A program made the translations under genes and the position numbers. Below are positions 47,118 through 56,469 of a stretch of DNA of 64,000 nucleotides, one piece after another (position 1 is the first letter of the stretch; each line of letters begins with the position of its first letter). This stretch comes from a bacterium (lineage in GTDB: Bacteria; Patescibacteriota; Microgenomatia; Curtissbacterales; GWA2-41-24): assembly GCA_021813945.1 (NCBI GenBank), contig JAKAJD010000002.1, forward strand, positions 241,719-305,718, given 5' to 3'. The notes below the pieces were generated by a model that saw nothing but the letters and a program-made list of their open reading frames with translations, ran no database searches and was not told the origin of the DNA.

Positions 47118-47579
47118 GTGATTTGTCCTTTTTGCGCAAATGATGCGACAAAAGTTATAGACAAGCGTGAAGGTGATCTTGGCAAAGTAACCAGAAGACG
47201 TCGGGAATGCCAAAAGTGCAGTCGCAGGTTTACAACTTTCGAAAGAGCGGAAACCTTAGATCTTTTAATTGTTAAAAAAGACGGCAAAAGAGAAGTATTC
47301 GATAGATCCAAATTAAGAAGTGGAATCATCAAAGCTTGCGAGAAAAGGCCGGTTTCAGCAGAAAGTATCGAAAAAGTTATAGACGAAATTGAGGCAGAGT
47401 TAAGAAAAAGCGCAGCAAGCGAAGTACCAAGTAAAACAGTAGGCGAACAGGTGACAAAAAAGCTTAAAAAATTAGATAAAGTTGCCTACATTAGATTTGC
47501 ATCGGTTTATAGACAATTTGCCGATATAAGCGATTTTGAAAATGAATTGGCAAAACTATCAAAAAGATTTAACAAATGA
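47118..47579 (+). CDS. nrdR: transcriptional repressor NrdR
   Basis: GTG start with AAGGGGAG SD; CPFC...CQKC zinc ribbon + ATP-cone. Confidence 0.9.
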   Translation: MICPFCANDATKVIDKREGDLGKVTRRRRECQKCSRRFTTFERAETLDLLIVKKDGKREVFDRSKLRSGIIKACEKRPVSAESIEKVIDEIEAELRKSAASEVPSKTVGEQVTKKLKKLDKVAYIRFASVYRQFADISDFENELAKLSKRFNK

Positions 47580-50341
47580 AAAATCAAAGGAAAATTAAAA
47601 TAGATTTAAGAACAGCTAAGCGCGAAGCTGCCAGGAAAGTTGGCAGAAAAATTCCATCAGTTCCCGAAGACCTTCAAGCACCAAATCTTTCGGAAAATGC
47701 TGCCTATATAGCCAAAACAAGATATGCATTTAGAAACGAAAAAGGTGAACCAATAGAAAATCCCAAGGAGCTTTTCTGGAGAGTTGCTTATTATATCGGC
47801 GCGGCAGATACAATCTACGACAAAAAATCACACCTCAAAACAGCACGGGAGTTTTACAGCTTAATGTCTGCCCAGAAATTTATTCCAAATACACCAACCC
47901 TGGTCAACTCCGGCAAAACTGGCCAGTCATTATCTGCTTGTTTTGTTCTTCCTGTAGACGACGATCTGGAGGCAATCTTAAAAACAATGCGCGATATGGC
48001 AATGATTCACAAAATGGGCGGCGGTACAGGCTTTTCATTTTCCCGGCTCAGACCAAAAGACGATGTTATCGGCACATCAAAGGGCAAAACAACAGGACCA
48101 GTAGCCTTTTTGCAGGCCTACAACGATGTCACTTCCCAAATCCGCCAGGGTGGAGTCCGCCGCGGTGCCAATATGGGAATCCTTCACTATACCCATCCAG
48201 ACGTTTTACGCTTTGCCGTTCACAAAGTCGATGAATTTTCCTTAACAAACTTCAATATTTCTGTAACTGTTGACGAGAAATTTATGGAAAAAGTCAAAAC
48301 AGATGCCCAATTCACTCAAGGTGAAATGGAAACAGACGAAATAATAGCGGACCTTAAAGAAGCTTATGCAATCCGCGATTTGGATCTTAAAAATGTCAGA
48401 ATCGAAGAGGCTGTTCAAAGGCTTTACAATTTGTGTGAAGCTAAAGTTGAAGGCGAGGGCTACGATCTTATCAATCCCAGGACAAAAGAAGTCACCGGCC
48501 GCCTTAACGCCAAGAAAGTTTTTGATCTTATCACAAAACTTGCCTGGCAGTATGGGGATCCGGGTATGATTTTAATCGACCGCGTTAACAACTCGAGAGC
48601 AAACCCAACTCCGGCAATTGGCATGATTGAGGCTACAAACCCCTGCGCCGAACAGCCGCTTCTGCCCTACGACGCTTGCACTCTAGGATCAATCAACCTC
48701 TCAAAGTTTGTCACGTCAGATAAGGAAATCAACTGGGATGATATGAAAGGCTCAATCCACACCGCTATTCACTTTCTGGATAACGTTCTGGATATGAACG
48801 AATACCCGGTTGCCGAAATAGACGAAATGACCAGCAAAATTCGCCGTGTCGGTCTTGGCGTTATGGGTTGGGCAGATATGCTGGTTAAACTAGGCATTGG
48901 CTACGACACCCAAGAAGGATTCGATCTTGCTGAGCGGGTCATGAAATTTGTCCAAAGCGAAGCAGATGCAGCATCAGTCGAACTAGCCAAAACTCGAGGC
49001 ACCTTTCCAGCCTTTAAAGACTCAATCTACAACAAAAAAGGCGGTTTCAAACCCCGAAACGGTGCCAGAACCACTATTGCGCCAACCGGCACCATTTCAC
49101 TTCTTGCAGACTGCTCAAGCGGAATCGAACCCCACTTTGCCTTAACTTTTGCCAAAAACACTATAGAGGGAAAACGCCTTTTTACCACTAATCCGTATTT
49201 TCTGGAGGCCTTGAAATCGAAAGGCCTTGAAAGCGACGAACTTCTTTCTAAAGTTGAAGAGGGTAAGGGTTCAATTCAAAATATTGAGGAAATCTCCGAA
49301 GAACTTAAAAAAGTATTTGTAGTTGCCGGTGACATAGTCCCTAAAGACCACGTCAGAATGGCAGCTGCATTTCAGAAATTTACCGACAACGGTATTTCCA
49401 AAACCATAAACTTCCCAAATGAAGCCACAGTTGAAGACGTCCGCGAAGCTTATTGGTTAAGCTACGAGCTGGGCTGCAATATGATAACTATCTATCGCGA
49501 CGGCTCCCGCGTGAAGCAGGTTCTGGAAGTTAAAAAGGGTAAATCCTACTACGACCAAATGACCGGCAAACGTATTACTCAAGAAGAGGATGCTCCCTAC
49601 ATTCCAACAAAACGCCCCACACCCCAGGAGGCCTGGGGTATGCGAATTCGTAAAAAGGCCGATGTTGGGCCGGTTTACACATCCGTCTTTCGCGATGCTG
49701 ACGGTGCACCGGTCGAGGTCTTTGTGACAATTGGCAAAACCGGCGGCTACGTTGCCGGGGCAGCCGAAGTTACCGGCCGCTTAGCATCTCGAGCCCTCAA
49801 GTACGGCGCATCGCTGGAAGAAATTGCAACCGATCTTGTCGGCATCTCCTGCGGCACACCGTACGGCTTAGGCCCAGAATCAGTCCTTTCGGCATTTGAC
49901 GCTGTCGGCAAATCACTTCTGGAAATCGCCCGCGCCAAACAGCTCCAGTTGCCTGTTGTAGAAGAAGCTCAACCCGCCCAGTCTCACGAAGAAGCAACGA
50001 TTGAACAAGGAATACGTATCAGCCCAAACGGTCATACAACACCCTCGAGTGGTCATTCATTAAGTTCTAACGGCCATTCAACTAACGGGTACACAAACGG
50101 CCATTCGAATGGGTTGTCAAACGGTCATTCGAATGGCCAAATAAAGCCTGTGGAAAAAGAGTCAATAAAAATGGATCTTACACCATCAGCTCAGGCCATT
50201 TTCCCCTCATCTACTTTTCATGAAGAAAAAGCCATCGAATCCAAATTCACTTCCTGCCCGGATTGCGGCTCACCAGTGACCTACGCTGAGGGCTGCCGCA
50301 AATGTATTAACCCCACCTGCGGTTGGAGTAAGTGTAGCTAA
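47576..50341 (+). CDS. nrdJ: class II (adenosylcobalamin-dependent) ribonucleotide reductase
   Basis: NPCAEQPLLPYDACTLGSINL active-site motif. Ends with a low-complexity (NGHS)n linker and a CPDCG...CRKC zinc ribbon. Confidence 0.9.
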   Translation: MKNQRKIKIDLRTAKREAARKVGRKIPSVPEDLQAPNLSENAAYIAKTRYAFRNEKGEPIENPKELFWRVAYYIGAADTIYDKKSHLKTAREFYSLMSAQKFIPNTPTLVNSGKTGQSLSACFVLPVDDDLEAILKTMRDMAMIHKMGGGTGFSFSRLRPKDDVIGTSKGKTTGPVAFLQAYNDVTSQIRQGGVRRGANMGILHYTHPDVLRFAVHKVDEFSLTNFNISVTVDEKFMEKVKTDAQFTQGEMETDEIIADLKEAYAIRDLDLKNVRIEEAVQRLYNLCEAKVEGEGYDLINPRTKEVTGRLNAKKVFDLITKLAWQYGDPGMILIDRVNNSRANPTPAIGMIEATNPCAEQPLLPYDACTLGSINLSKFVTSDKEINWDDMKGSIHTAIHFLDNVLDMNEYPVAEIDEMTSKIRRVGLGVMGWADMLVKLGIGYDTQEGFDLAERVMKFVQSEADAASVELAKTRGTFPAFKDSIYNKKGGFKPRNGARTTIAPTGTISLLADCSSGIEPHFALTFAKNTIEGKRLFTTNPYFLEALKSKGLESDELLSKVEEGKGSIQNIEEISEELKKVFVVAGDIVPKDHVRMAAAFQKFTDNGISKTINFPNEATVEDVREAYWLSYELGCNMITIYRDGSRVKQVLEVKKGKSYYDQMTGKRITQEEDAPYIPTKRPTPQEAWGMRIRKKADVGPVYTSVFRDADGAPVEVFVTIGKTGGYVAGAAEVTGRLASRALKYGASLEEIATDLVGISCGTPYGLGPESVLSAFDAVGKSLLEIARAKQLQLPVVEEAQPAQSHEEATIEQGIRISPNGHTTPSSGHSLSSNGHSTNGYTNGHSNGLSNGHSNGQIKPVEKESIKMDLTPSAQAIFPSSTFHEEKAIESKFTSCPDCGSPVTYAEGCRKCINPTCGWSKCS

Positions 50342-50350
50342 CTCCTTTAG

Positions 50351-50779
50351 TTGTATAATTCCCTCATGAAAAAACCGTCTGTTAAAGATGCTAAAAACTA
50401 CGTTTTGACGCTAATTTCTGAAGGTACAGACATCTCAGCTCGAAACGATGGAATAACCAAAGAAGAAACTCAAGAACTGGAGTTTTTCATCAATAACGGC
50501 CACTGGGAGGTACTTTTAACAAATTCCGTCTTTCGCGCACTTGCCCCACAGGGCCAAATCCACACACTTGTCAAAACGTTAGACAATCGAGCAACCGAGC
50601 TAAGAACAACACTTACGCCCCTCGGCCGTTCAGATAAAACGAGAGATGCCTACATACAAATCCTCAACCATATCCACGATTTAGAACGCCTTAAAGAGGA
50701 AATTTTGGAAGAATTTTACGCAAAAGGTGGCAAGCGCCAAATTGCCGAAAAATCTAAAGGTCAAAAAATCGACTTCTAA
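50351..50779 (+). CDS. hypothetical protein (142 aa)
   Basis: ORF directly after nrdJ, no motifs recognised. Confidence 0.4.
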   Translation: MYNSLMKKPSVKDAKNYVLTLISEGTDISARNDGITKEETQELEFFINNGHWEVLLTNSVFRALAPQGQIHTLVKTLDNRATELRTTLTPLGRSDKTRDAYIQILNHIHDLERLKEEILEEFYAKGGKRQIAEKSKGQKIDF

Positions 50780-51502
50780 ATGTCAGTCCGTATAAATAAG
50801 TATCTATCCTCAATTGGCATCGCCTCGCGTCGGAAAATAGATGAGCTGATAGGTGAGGGGAGAGTCAAAATCGGCTCGAAGATCGTAAAGCTCGGAGATC
50901 AGATCAATCCAGAAACTGATCAAGTCTCAATCGACGGCCAAAAAGTAGGCGGCAGGGGAGAGGAAAAAGTTTACATTATCCTCAACAAACCCGCGGGGTA
51001 TACCTCAACCGCCGCCAAAATAAAAGGCGAGAAAAACGTTTTGGAGCTTGTCAAATCGAATGTCCGACTGTACCCGGTCGGCCGGCTCGACAAAGATTCA
51101 ACCGGCTTAATTCTTTTAACAAACGACGGAGAATTGGCCCAGAGGCTAACTCATCCAAGATTTCATATACCAAAAACATATGAGGTAAAAGTGTTGGGGA
51201 ACGTCAATCGTACCCAAATCGAAATGATTAAAAAAGGAATAAAGCTGGAAGAGGGGATAACAAAACCTGCAGATGTCAAAATCAAAAGCCAATCTCTCCC
51301 CCACCACAGCATTTTGGAAATCACACTTTACGAGGGCAGAAAACGCCAAATCCGTCGTATGTTATCAGCCCTGCACCTGCATATATTAGATCTAAAACGC
51401 GTTTCAATCGGCTCAATTGTAATAGGTAGCCTTCCTCTTGGCAAATTCCGGAAACTAACAAATGAAGAAATAGTTAAACTACAAAACTCTCACCAGGCCT
51501 GA
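50780..51502 (+). CDS. pseudouridine synthase (RsuA/RluB family)
   Basis: S4 domain (NKYLSSIGIASRR), ILNKPAGY, PVGRLDKDSTGLILLTNDG catalytic Asp motif. Confidence 0.8.
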   Translation: MSVRINKYLSSIGIASRRKIDELIGEGRVKIGSKIVKLGDQINPETDQVSIDGQKVGGRGEEKVYIILNKPAGYTSTAAKIKGEKNVLELVKSNVRLYPVGRLDKDSTGLILLTNDGELAQRLTHPRFHIPKTYEVKVLGNVNRTQIEMIKKGIKLEEGITKPADVKIKSQSLPHHSILEITLYEGRKRQIRRMLSALHLHILDLKRVSIGSIVIGSLPLGKFRKLTNEEIVKLQNSHQA

Positions 51503-51515
51503 ATCTTTGGTTTTT

Positions 51516-52064
51516 TTAACCGCCTCTGCCTTTCCAGGTAATTTCTTTGGCATCATGAATTTTGTTTGCATATCGCGCCATAACGAAAAGCCAGTCGGAG
51601 AGACGATTTATGTAGATTAGAGCGTTTTTGTTAATTTTTTCCTGCAATGACAAATCCACAATTACCCGCTCCGCGCGTCTTGCAACGGTTCTTGCCAGGT
51701 GAAGCTTTGAGCCGACTTTTCCACCTCCCGGCAGGATAAAATTTTTAAGAGGGGACAAATTTTTTTCCATTGCGTCAATTTCTCTCTCAAGTCTCGTAAT
51801 AAATGATTTAGTAATTCTTGGAATTTTTGTTTTAACCTCGAAGGGAGTAGCAAGGTCACTCCCGAAAACAAAAAGCTCGGCTTGAACTCGTATCAGCTTT
51901 TTAGATATCTCGGTATCTGTGTTTTCAGAAATAACAACTCCAAGCAAACTATTAAGCTCATCAACGCAGCCATATGCCTGAATACGTCGGGTAGTTTTTT
52001 CAACTCTTTTGCCCCCAAAGAGGGAAGTAGTGCCCGAATCGCCTGTTTTTGTATAGATCTTCAC
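51516..52064 (-). CDS. pduO: PduO-type ATP:cob(I)alamin adenosyltransferase
   Basis: IYTKTGDSGTTSL...AYGCVDELNS motif. GTG start preceded by TATAAT-N6, so the longer ORF-track N-terminus is probably spurious. Confidence 0.7.
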   Translation of the reverse strand: MKIYTKTGDSGTTSLFGGKRVEKTTRRIQAYGCVDELNSLLGVVISENTDTEISKKLIRVQAELFVFGSDLATPFEVKTKIPRITKSFITRLEREIDAMEKNLSPLKNFILPGGGKVGSKLHLARTVARRAERVIVDLSLQEKINKNALIYINRLSDWLFVMARYANKIHDAKEITWKGRGG

Positions 52065-52142
52065 GCAGAAATTATATATTAGAGTGTCGCGAAAATATAT
52101 ATCACCTACCCCACCAAACTTGACAAACCCTACCCTGGGGGG

Positions 52143-52148
52143 TAGGAT
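52143..52148 (+). promoter_or_regulatory. -10-like TAGGAT 6 nt upstream of the csoR ATG (leaderless-type)
   Basis: TAGGAT-N6-ATG. The divergent pduO -10 lies on the other strand at 52071-52076. Confidence 0.35.
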
Positions 52149-52154
52149 ATACAC

Positions 52155-52421
52155 ATGCAAAAAGCAGTTAAGGAAGACGCCCTCAGAAGATTACGTACTG
52201 CTAGGGGACACCTGGACCACGTAATTTCTCAAGTCGAGACCGAAAAGTACTGCATCGATATCCTGCAGCAATCCCTCGCCGTCCAATCTGCCCTAAAAGC
52301 TGTTGACCATCTGATCTTAAAAGGTCATTTGGAAGAACATGTCTCAGAAGCCATGAAAGGCAAGAATAAAGATAAAGCAATTGAAGAAGTTCTGGATGTT
52401 TTTGACAAATCGAGGAAATGA
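52155..52421 (+). CDS. csoR: CsoR/RcnR-family metal-sensing repressor
   Basis: RLRTARGHLDHV...YCIDILQQ...H..H pattern (Cys-His-Cys ligands). Confidence 0.7.
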   Translation: MQKAVKEDALRRLRTARGHLDHVISQVETEKYCIDILQQSLAVQSALKAVDHLILKGHLEEHVSEAMKGKNKDKAIEEVLDVFDKSRK

Positions 52422-52435
52422 GGGAGGTGAGTTAA

Positions 52436-52651
52436 ATGATGTATTGGAGGTATGGGGCGCAAGCTACACCACCTGCAGGTTATAACGGAAACTTTTGGTA
52501 TGGACATCCGATGATGGGTTGGGCAGGAAATACTAATCTAATTTGGGTTTACAGTTTTTTCTGCCTAGTGACGTGGCTTCTGGTTATTGCAGTTTTAATA
52601 GCTCTTGTCAGGTGGCTCTGGAAAAAAGGTGACAGCGAAAAGAAGAAATAA
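52436..52651 (+). CDS. small Met/Trp/Gly-rich membrane peptide in a copper operon
   Basis: MMYWRYG...GHPMMGWAGN followed by one TM helix and a basic tail. Confidence 0.4.
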   Translation: MMYWRYGAQATPPAGYNGNFWYGHPMMGWAGNTNLIWVYSFFCLVTWLLVIAVLIALVRWLWKKGDSEKKK

Positions 52652-52720
52652 AAGGCTGCCATATAAAATTATGAAAAAGTAGATTGCACAAACCCTTTCA
52701 CCTGGGAAGATTAAATTTAT

Positions 52721-53305
52721 ATGGAAAAAGAGGAAAAATTAGAAGAAAAAACTGAAGAAACAAAACCTAAAAACCAAAAAAGCCACAAACTATTCTACTT
52801 AGTAGTTTTGATTTTTTTGCTTTCATTAAGCTGGTTTTCGTGGGTTGTATGGTACAAGGTAATTCCGCACGAAAAAACTCATTATCACGCCGGCTTTATT
52901 GTTGTAAAAGATAATCAAACCGTAGATTTTTCCAAACCGGAGTTTATGTCTTTTTCTCCTTGTGTTGTCGCTGGTGCCAAAGAAGAAGAAACACAAGAGC
53001 AACTACAAATCGAAAAAGCTCATCTCCATGATGGGGCTGGAGACGTAGTTCATGTTGAAGAGGATGATGCCAAATGGGGAGATTTATTTACCAATCTTAA
53101 TTACCAAATAAACTACAGCGAAACTACAGCTTATATTAACGGCAAAAAAGTGACTGATTTTAAAGAGCAACCCATCAAACACTATCAAAGCGCCGTCGTA
53201 TTTATTGGCGCAGGTCAAGACAATCAAAAATTTCTAAAGCAGGCAGTCACCAAAAAGCATATCGACGAAGCCGCAGCAAATAGTAAGGATTGCGGTTCAC
53301 ACTAA
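52721..53305 (+). CDS. membrane-anchored His-rich protein, possible periplasmic metal-binding
   Basis: TM helix then HEKTHYH and KAHLHDGAGDVVHVEEDD segments. Confidence 0.4.
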   Translation: MEKEEKLEEKTEETKPKNQKSHKLFYLVVLIFLLSLSWFSWVVWYKVIPHEKTHYHAGFIVVKDNQTVDFSKPEFMSFSPCVVAGAKEEETQEQLQIEKAHLHDGAGDVVHVEEDDAKWGDLFTNLNYQINYSETTAYINGKKVTDFKEQPIKHYQSAVVFIGAGQDNQKFLKQAVTKKHIDEAAANSKDCGSH

Positions 53306-53306
53306 T

Positions 53307-55412
53307 ATGGAAGATCATAAAAATCACCAAAACTTGTCAGCTCTTTATACGTGCCCCATGGATCCAGATATAGTCCAGGAGCATCCGGGTAATTGCCCCA
53401 AGTGTGGCATGAAACTAGTTCCAATGAATGGGGAACATGAAGGACATGAAAATCATCCTTCAATGGAAATGGATTTTCGAAAGCGCTTTTTTATTACTCT
53501 TCCCTTAGTCCTTATTTCTATTGTTCTTTCTCCAAACATTCAAAAATGGTTTGGATTCCAGATTAATTTCGATAGTCGGGAAATTGTTTTATTTTTGATA
53601 GGTAGTTTTATCTACCTCTTTGGAGGCTTACCTTTTTTCAAAGCAGCAAGAGGAGAAGTCTCACAAAAAAATCCGGGCATGATGACTTTGGTTGCTTTCG
53701 CGATTACAGTAGGCTACCTTTTTTCCGCGGCAGCAACATTTCTTTTTCCCGGAGAATCACTTTATTGGGAAATAGCAACACTAATCTCAGTTTTTCTTTT
53801 GGGTCACTGGCTTGAAATGCGTTCAGTGCGAGGGGCAACAGGCGCATTAACCGAACTTGCAAAGTTGATTCCCCCATCCGCCCATCTTTTAAAAGACAAA
53901 ACAACGGTTGACGTTAAAACGGCTGAGCTAAAAATAGGCAACAGGGTTTTGGTTAAGCCTGGAGAGAAAATTCCTATAGATGGGATAGTCGTTGATGGAG
54001 AGAGCTCAGTTAACGAGTCGATGGTCACGGGTGAATCTAGACCAATTGAAAAGAAAAAATGTGACAAGGTGATAGGTGGCACTATAAATCAAGACGGTTC
54101 ACTAACAATCGAAGTTAAAAAAACCGGCGCAGATACTGCCATTTCTCAAATTATGAAACTTATAACAGAAGCGCAAGCTTCTAAGCCGAACGTTCAGCAT
54201 TTGGCAGATCGGGCTGCAGGAGTATTGTTTTATGTAGCTGTTATTGCAGGCGCGGCGTCATTTATTACATGGGTTTTTGTCCTGCCACATGGTGTAGTTT
54301 TTGCAGCCACAGTTGCGGTTGCGGCAATCGTTGTTGCCTGTCCTCACGCACTAGGCCTGGCAATACCGACAGTTACAACTATCACATCAACTTTAGGTGC
54401 CAAAAACGGCATTTTAATAAAAGACATGAAGGGTTTGGAAATCGCGCGCAAAATTAACTATGTAATTTTTGATAAAACCGGTACTTTAACTCGAGGCGAA
54501 TTTGGAGTCGCTGAAATTATTCAGCCTTCGAAATCAAACGTATCAAAGAGCGAATTATTAAAACTTGCAGCGGCTGTCGAAACACAATCACAACACTCTA
54601 TCGGCCAAGGCATTGTCAATGAAGCCAAAAATCAAAAAATAAATATTCCTAGCGTTACGGAATTCCGTTCCTACCCTGGCAAAGGCGCATCCGGAAAAGT
54701 GCAAGGCAAAAAAATTATCGTCGGCAATAAGGCCTTGATTAATGATCTGAAATTAGAAACAGGAAGCCTCGAGAAAAATTTTAAAGGAAAATCAAATACA
54801 CCGGTTTATATATCAATAGACGGTAAGCTGGCCGGAATCATCTTATTAGCAGACATAGTTAGGGAAGAATCTAAAGAAGCTATAAAAAAGCTTCACGAAA
54901 TGGGCATAAAAACGGCAATGTTAACAGGTGATACTCCGGATGTCGCAGAAGAAGTAGGAAAAAAACTCGCCATCGATACTGTTTTTGCCCAGGTTTTGCC
55001 GCAAGACAAAGTCGGAAAAGTCAAAAAACTCCAAGGTGAAGGCAACACTGTCGCCATGGTTGGAGATGGCGTAAACGACGCTCCGTCGCTAACCCAAGCC
55101 CATGTCGGTATAGCGATAGGGGCTGGCACAGACGTGGCAGTAGAATCGGCAGATATCGTCCTTATGAAAAACGACCCTATGGATGTTGTAAAAGCAATTT
55201 CATTAAGCCGGAAAACTAATTCAAAAATGGTCCAAAACCTCATTTGGGCAACCGGTTACAACGTCTTTGCCATTCCGACCGCAGCTGGGGCTCTTTATCC
55301 GTCACTTGGGATTTTGCTTCGGCCCGAATGGGCAGCACTTTTAATGAGTGCGTCATCAATCATCGTTGTTTTTAACGCCTTATTGCTTAGAAAAGAGAAA
55401 TTATATGCTTAA
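53307..55412 (+). CDS. copA: copper-translocating P1B-type ATPase
   Basis: N-terminal CPMDP...CPKCGM metal-binding domain; CPH, DKTGTLT, GDGVNDAP motifs. Confidence 0.9.
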   Translation: MEDHKNHQNLSALYTCPMDPDIVQEHPGNCPKCGMKLVPMNGEHEGHENHPSMEMDFRKRFFITLPLVLISIVLSPNIQKWFGFQINFDSREIVLFLIGSFIYLFGGLPFFKAARGEVSQKNPGMMTLVAFAITVGYLFSAAATFLFPGESLYWEIATLISVFLLGHWLEMRSVRGATGALTELAKLIPPSAHLLKDKTTVDVKTAELKIGNRVLVKPGEKIPIDGIVVDGESSVNESMVTGESRPIEKKKCDKVIGGTINQDGSLTIEVKKTGADTAISQIMKLITEAQASKPNVQHLADRAAGVLFYVAVIAGAASFITWVFVLPHGVVFAATVAVAAIVVACPHALGLAIPTVTTITSTLGAKNGILIKDMKGLEIARKINYVIFDKTGTLTRGEFGVAEIIQPSKSNVSKSELLKLAAAVETQSQHSIGQGIVNEAKNQKINIPSVTEFRSYPGKGASGKVQGKKIIVGNKALINDLKLETGSLEKNFKGKSNTPVYISIDGKLAGIILLADIVREESKEAIKKLHEMGIKTAMLTGDTPDVAEEVGKKLAIDTVFAQVLPQDKVGKVKKLQGEGNTVAMVGDGVNDAPSLTQAHVGIAIGAGTDVAVESADIVLMKNDPMDVVKAISLSRKTNSKMVQNLIWATGYNVFAIPTAAGALYPSLGILLRPEWAALLMSASSIIVVFNALLLRKEKLYA

Positions 55413-55575
55413 TATTTTTAAAAAATCTGATAAGGCAACAGACCCAATTTGCCTTATGAAAATTCCCAAAGATGCAGCAAAATTCAAACAAACATTTGAG
55501 GGCAAAATGTACTATTTTTGCTCGGAAAATTGTCAAAGTGAATTTAAAAAAAATCCGAAAAATTACGTAGATTAA
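55405..55575 (+). CDS. YHS/TRASH-domain small metal-binding protein
   Basis: DPICLMKI...YYFCSENC pattern; ATG overlaps the copA stop. Confidence 0.6.
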   Translation: MLNIFKKSDKATDPICLMKIPKDAAKFKQTFEGKMYYFCSENCQSEFKKNPKNYVD

Positions 55576-56469
55576 ATGGAACTTTTGGCAAGTGCATCAT
55601 TTATAGCATCTTTTTTTGCAGGGGTTGCTGCCCTTTTTGCACCCTGCTGTGTAACTGTGCTTTTGCCGACTTATTTTGCGTCGATCTTTAAACTCAAATC
55701 TACAGTATTTTTGATGACATTTATTTATTTTTTAGGTTTGCTTGTCGTATTTTTGCCTATCGGACTTGGGGCATCTGCCTTAACTCAGATCTTTAGTACC
55801 TACCATAACTGGATATTTTCGTTTGGAGCAATATTTCTAATCCTTTTGGGTCTAACCATGGTTTCCGGCTTTCAATTCTCCTTTCCTGCTCTCGTTCATC
55901 CTCAGCTCAAAAAAACAGGCTTTCTTTCGGTATTCACGCTTGGGATATTTTCCGGAATTGCCACAACTTGTTGCGCCCCCGTTCTTGCAGGAGTCTTAAC
56001 ACTAGCAGCCTTACCCGGATCATTCTTACTTGGAGGAATATACACTCTCGCGTATGTCTTGGGAATGGTTATTCCGCTTTTTATAATTAGCGCCTTTTTA
56101 GATCAGAAAAAGTTTACGCAAAAGTTTTTTGTTTTTAGAAAAACAGTCTCATACAGTTTTCTTGGCAAAAAAATTCGCCTAACTTTATCTAACCTTTTTT
56201 CCGGAATCATGTTTTTAGTTCTTGGCATATTCATTTCATATCTGGCACTAACGAACAATCTTGTAACGCACGCTTCTTATCAGGTTAGTTTAAATATTTT
56301 CTTAACGGAAGTGATAGATTTTGTAGGAAAATACACAAAAATTTTCCCTGAATGGATTTGGGCAATAATTTTCCTGCTATTTTTTGTGGGAATCTGCGTG
56401 AAAGCCTTTTTAGAACTAATAAATCAGAAATCGGATAAAACTAAGGAAGAAGGTGATAAAGACAAATGA
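55576..56469 (+). CDS. DsbD/CcdA-family transmembrane thiol-disulfide transporter
   Basis: Cys pairs in TM1 (FAPCCVT) and TM4 (TTCCAPV), 6-8 TM helices. Confidence 0.55.
   Translation: MELLASASFIASFFAGVAALFAPCCVTVLLPTYFASIFKLKSTVFLMTFIYFLGLLVVFLPIGLGASALTQIFSTYHNWIFSFGAIFLILLGLTMVSGFQFSFPALVHPQLKKTGFLSVFTLGIFSGIATTCCAPVLAGVLTLAALPGSFLLGGIYTLAYVLGMVIPLFIISAFLDQKKFTQKFFVFRKTVSYSFLGKKIRLTLSNLFSGIMFLVLGIFISYLALTNNLVTHASYQVSLNIFLTEVIDFVGKYTKIFPEWIWAIIFLLFFVGICVKAFLELINQKSDKTKEEGDKDK

Noticed and set aside
49190-49225. Direct repeat AGGCCTTGAAA x2 inside nrdJ as another copy of the palindromic element
   Set aside because: Only half of the 13-mer is present, and it is a direct rather than inverted repeat. 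It encodes the ordinary sequence LEALKSKGLES, so it is likely coincidental.
47576-50341. An intein in nrdJ because of its 921-aa length
   Set aside because: There are no intein splice-junction blocks (Cys/Ser start, HN-C/S/T end) or homing-endonuclease motifs. The extra length is explained by the low-complexity linker plus the zinc ribbon.
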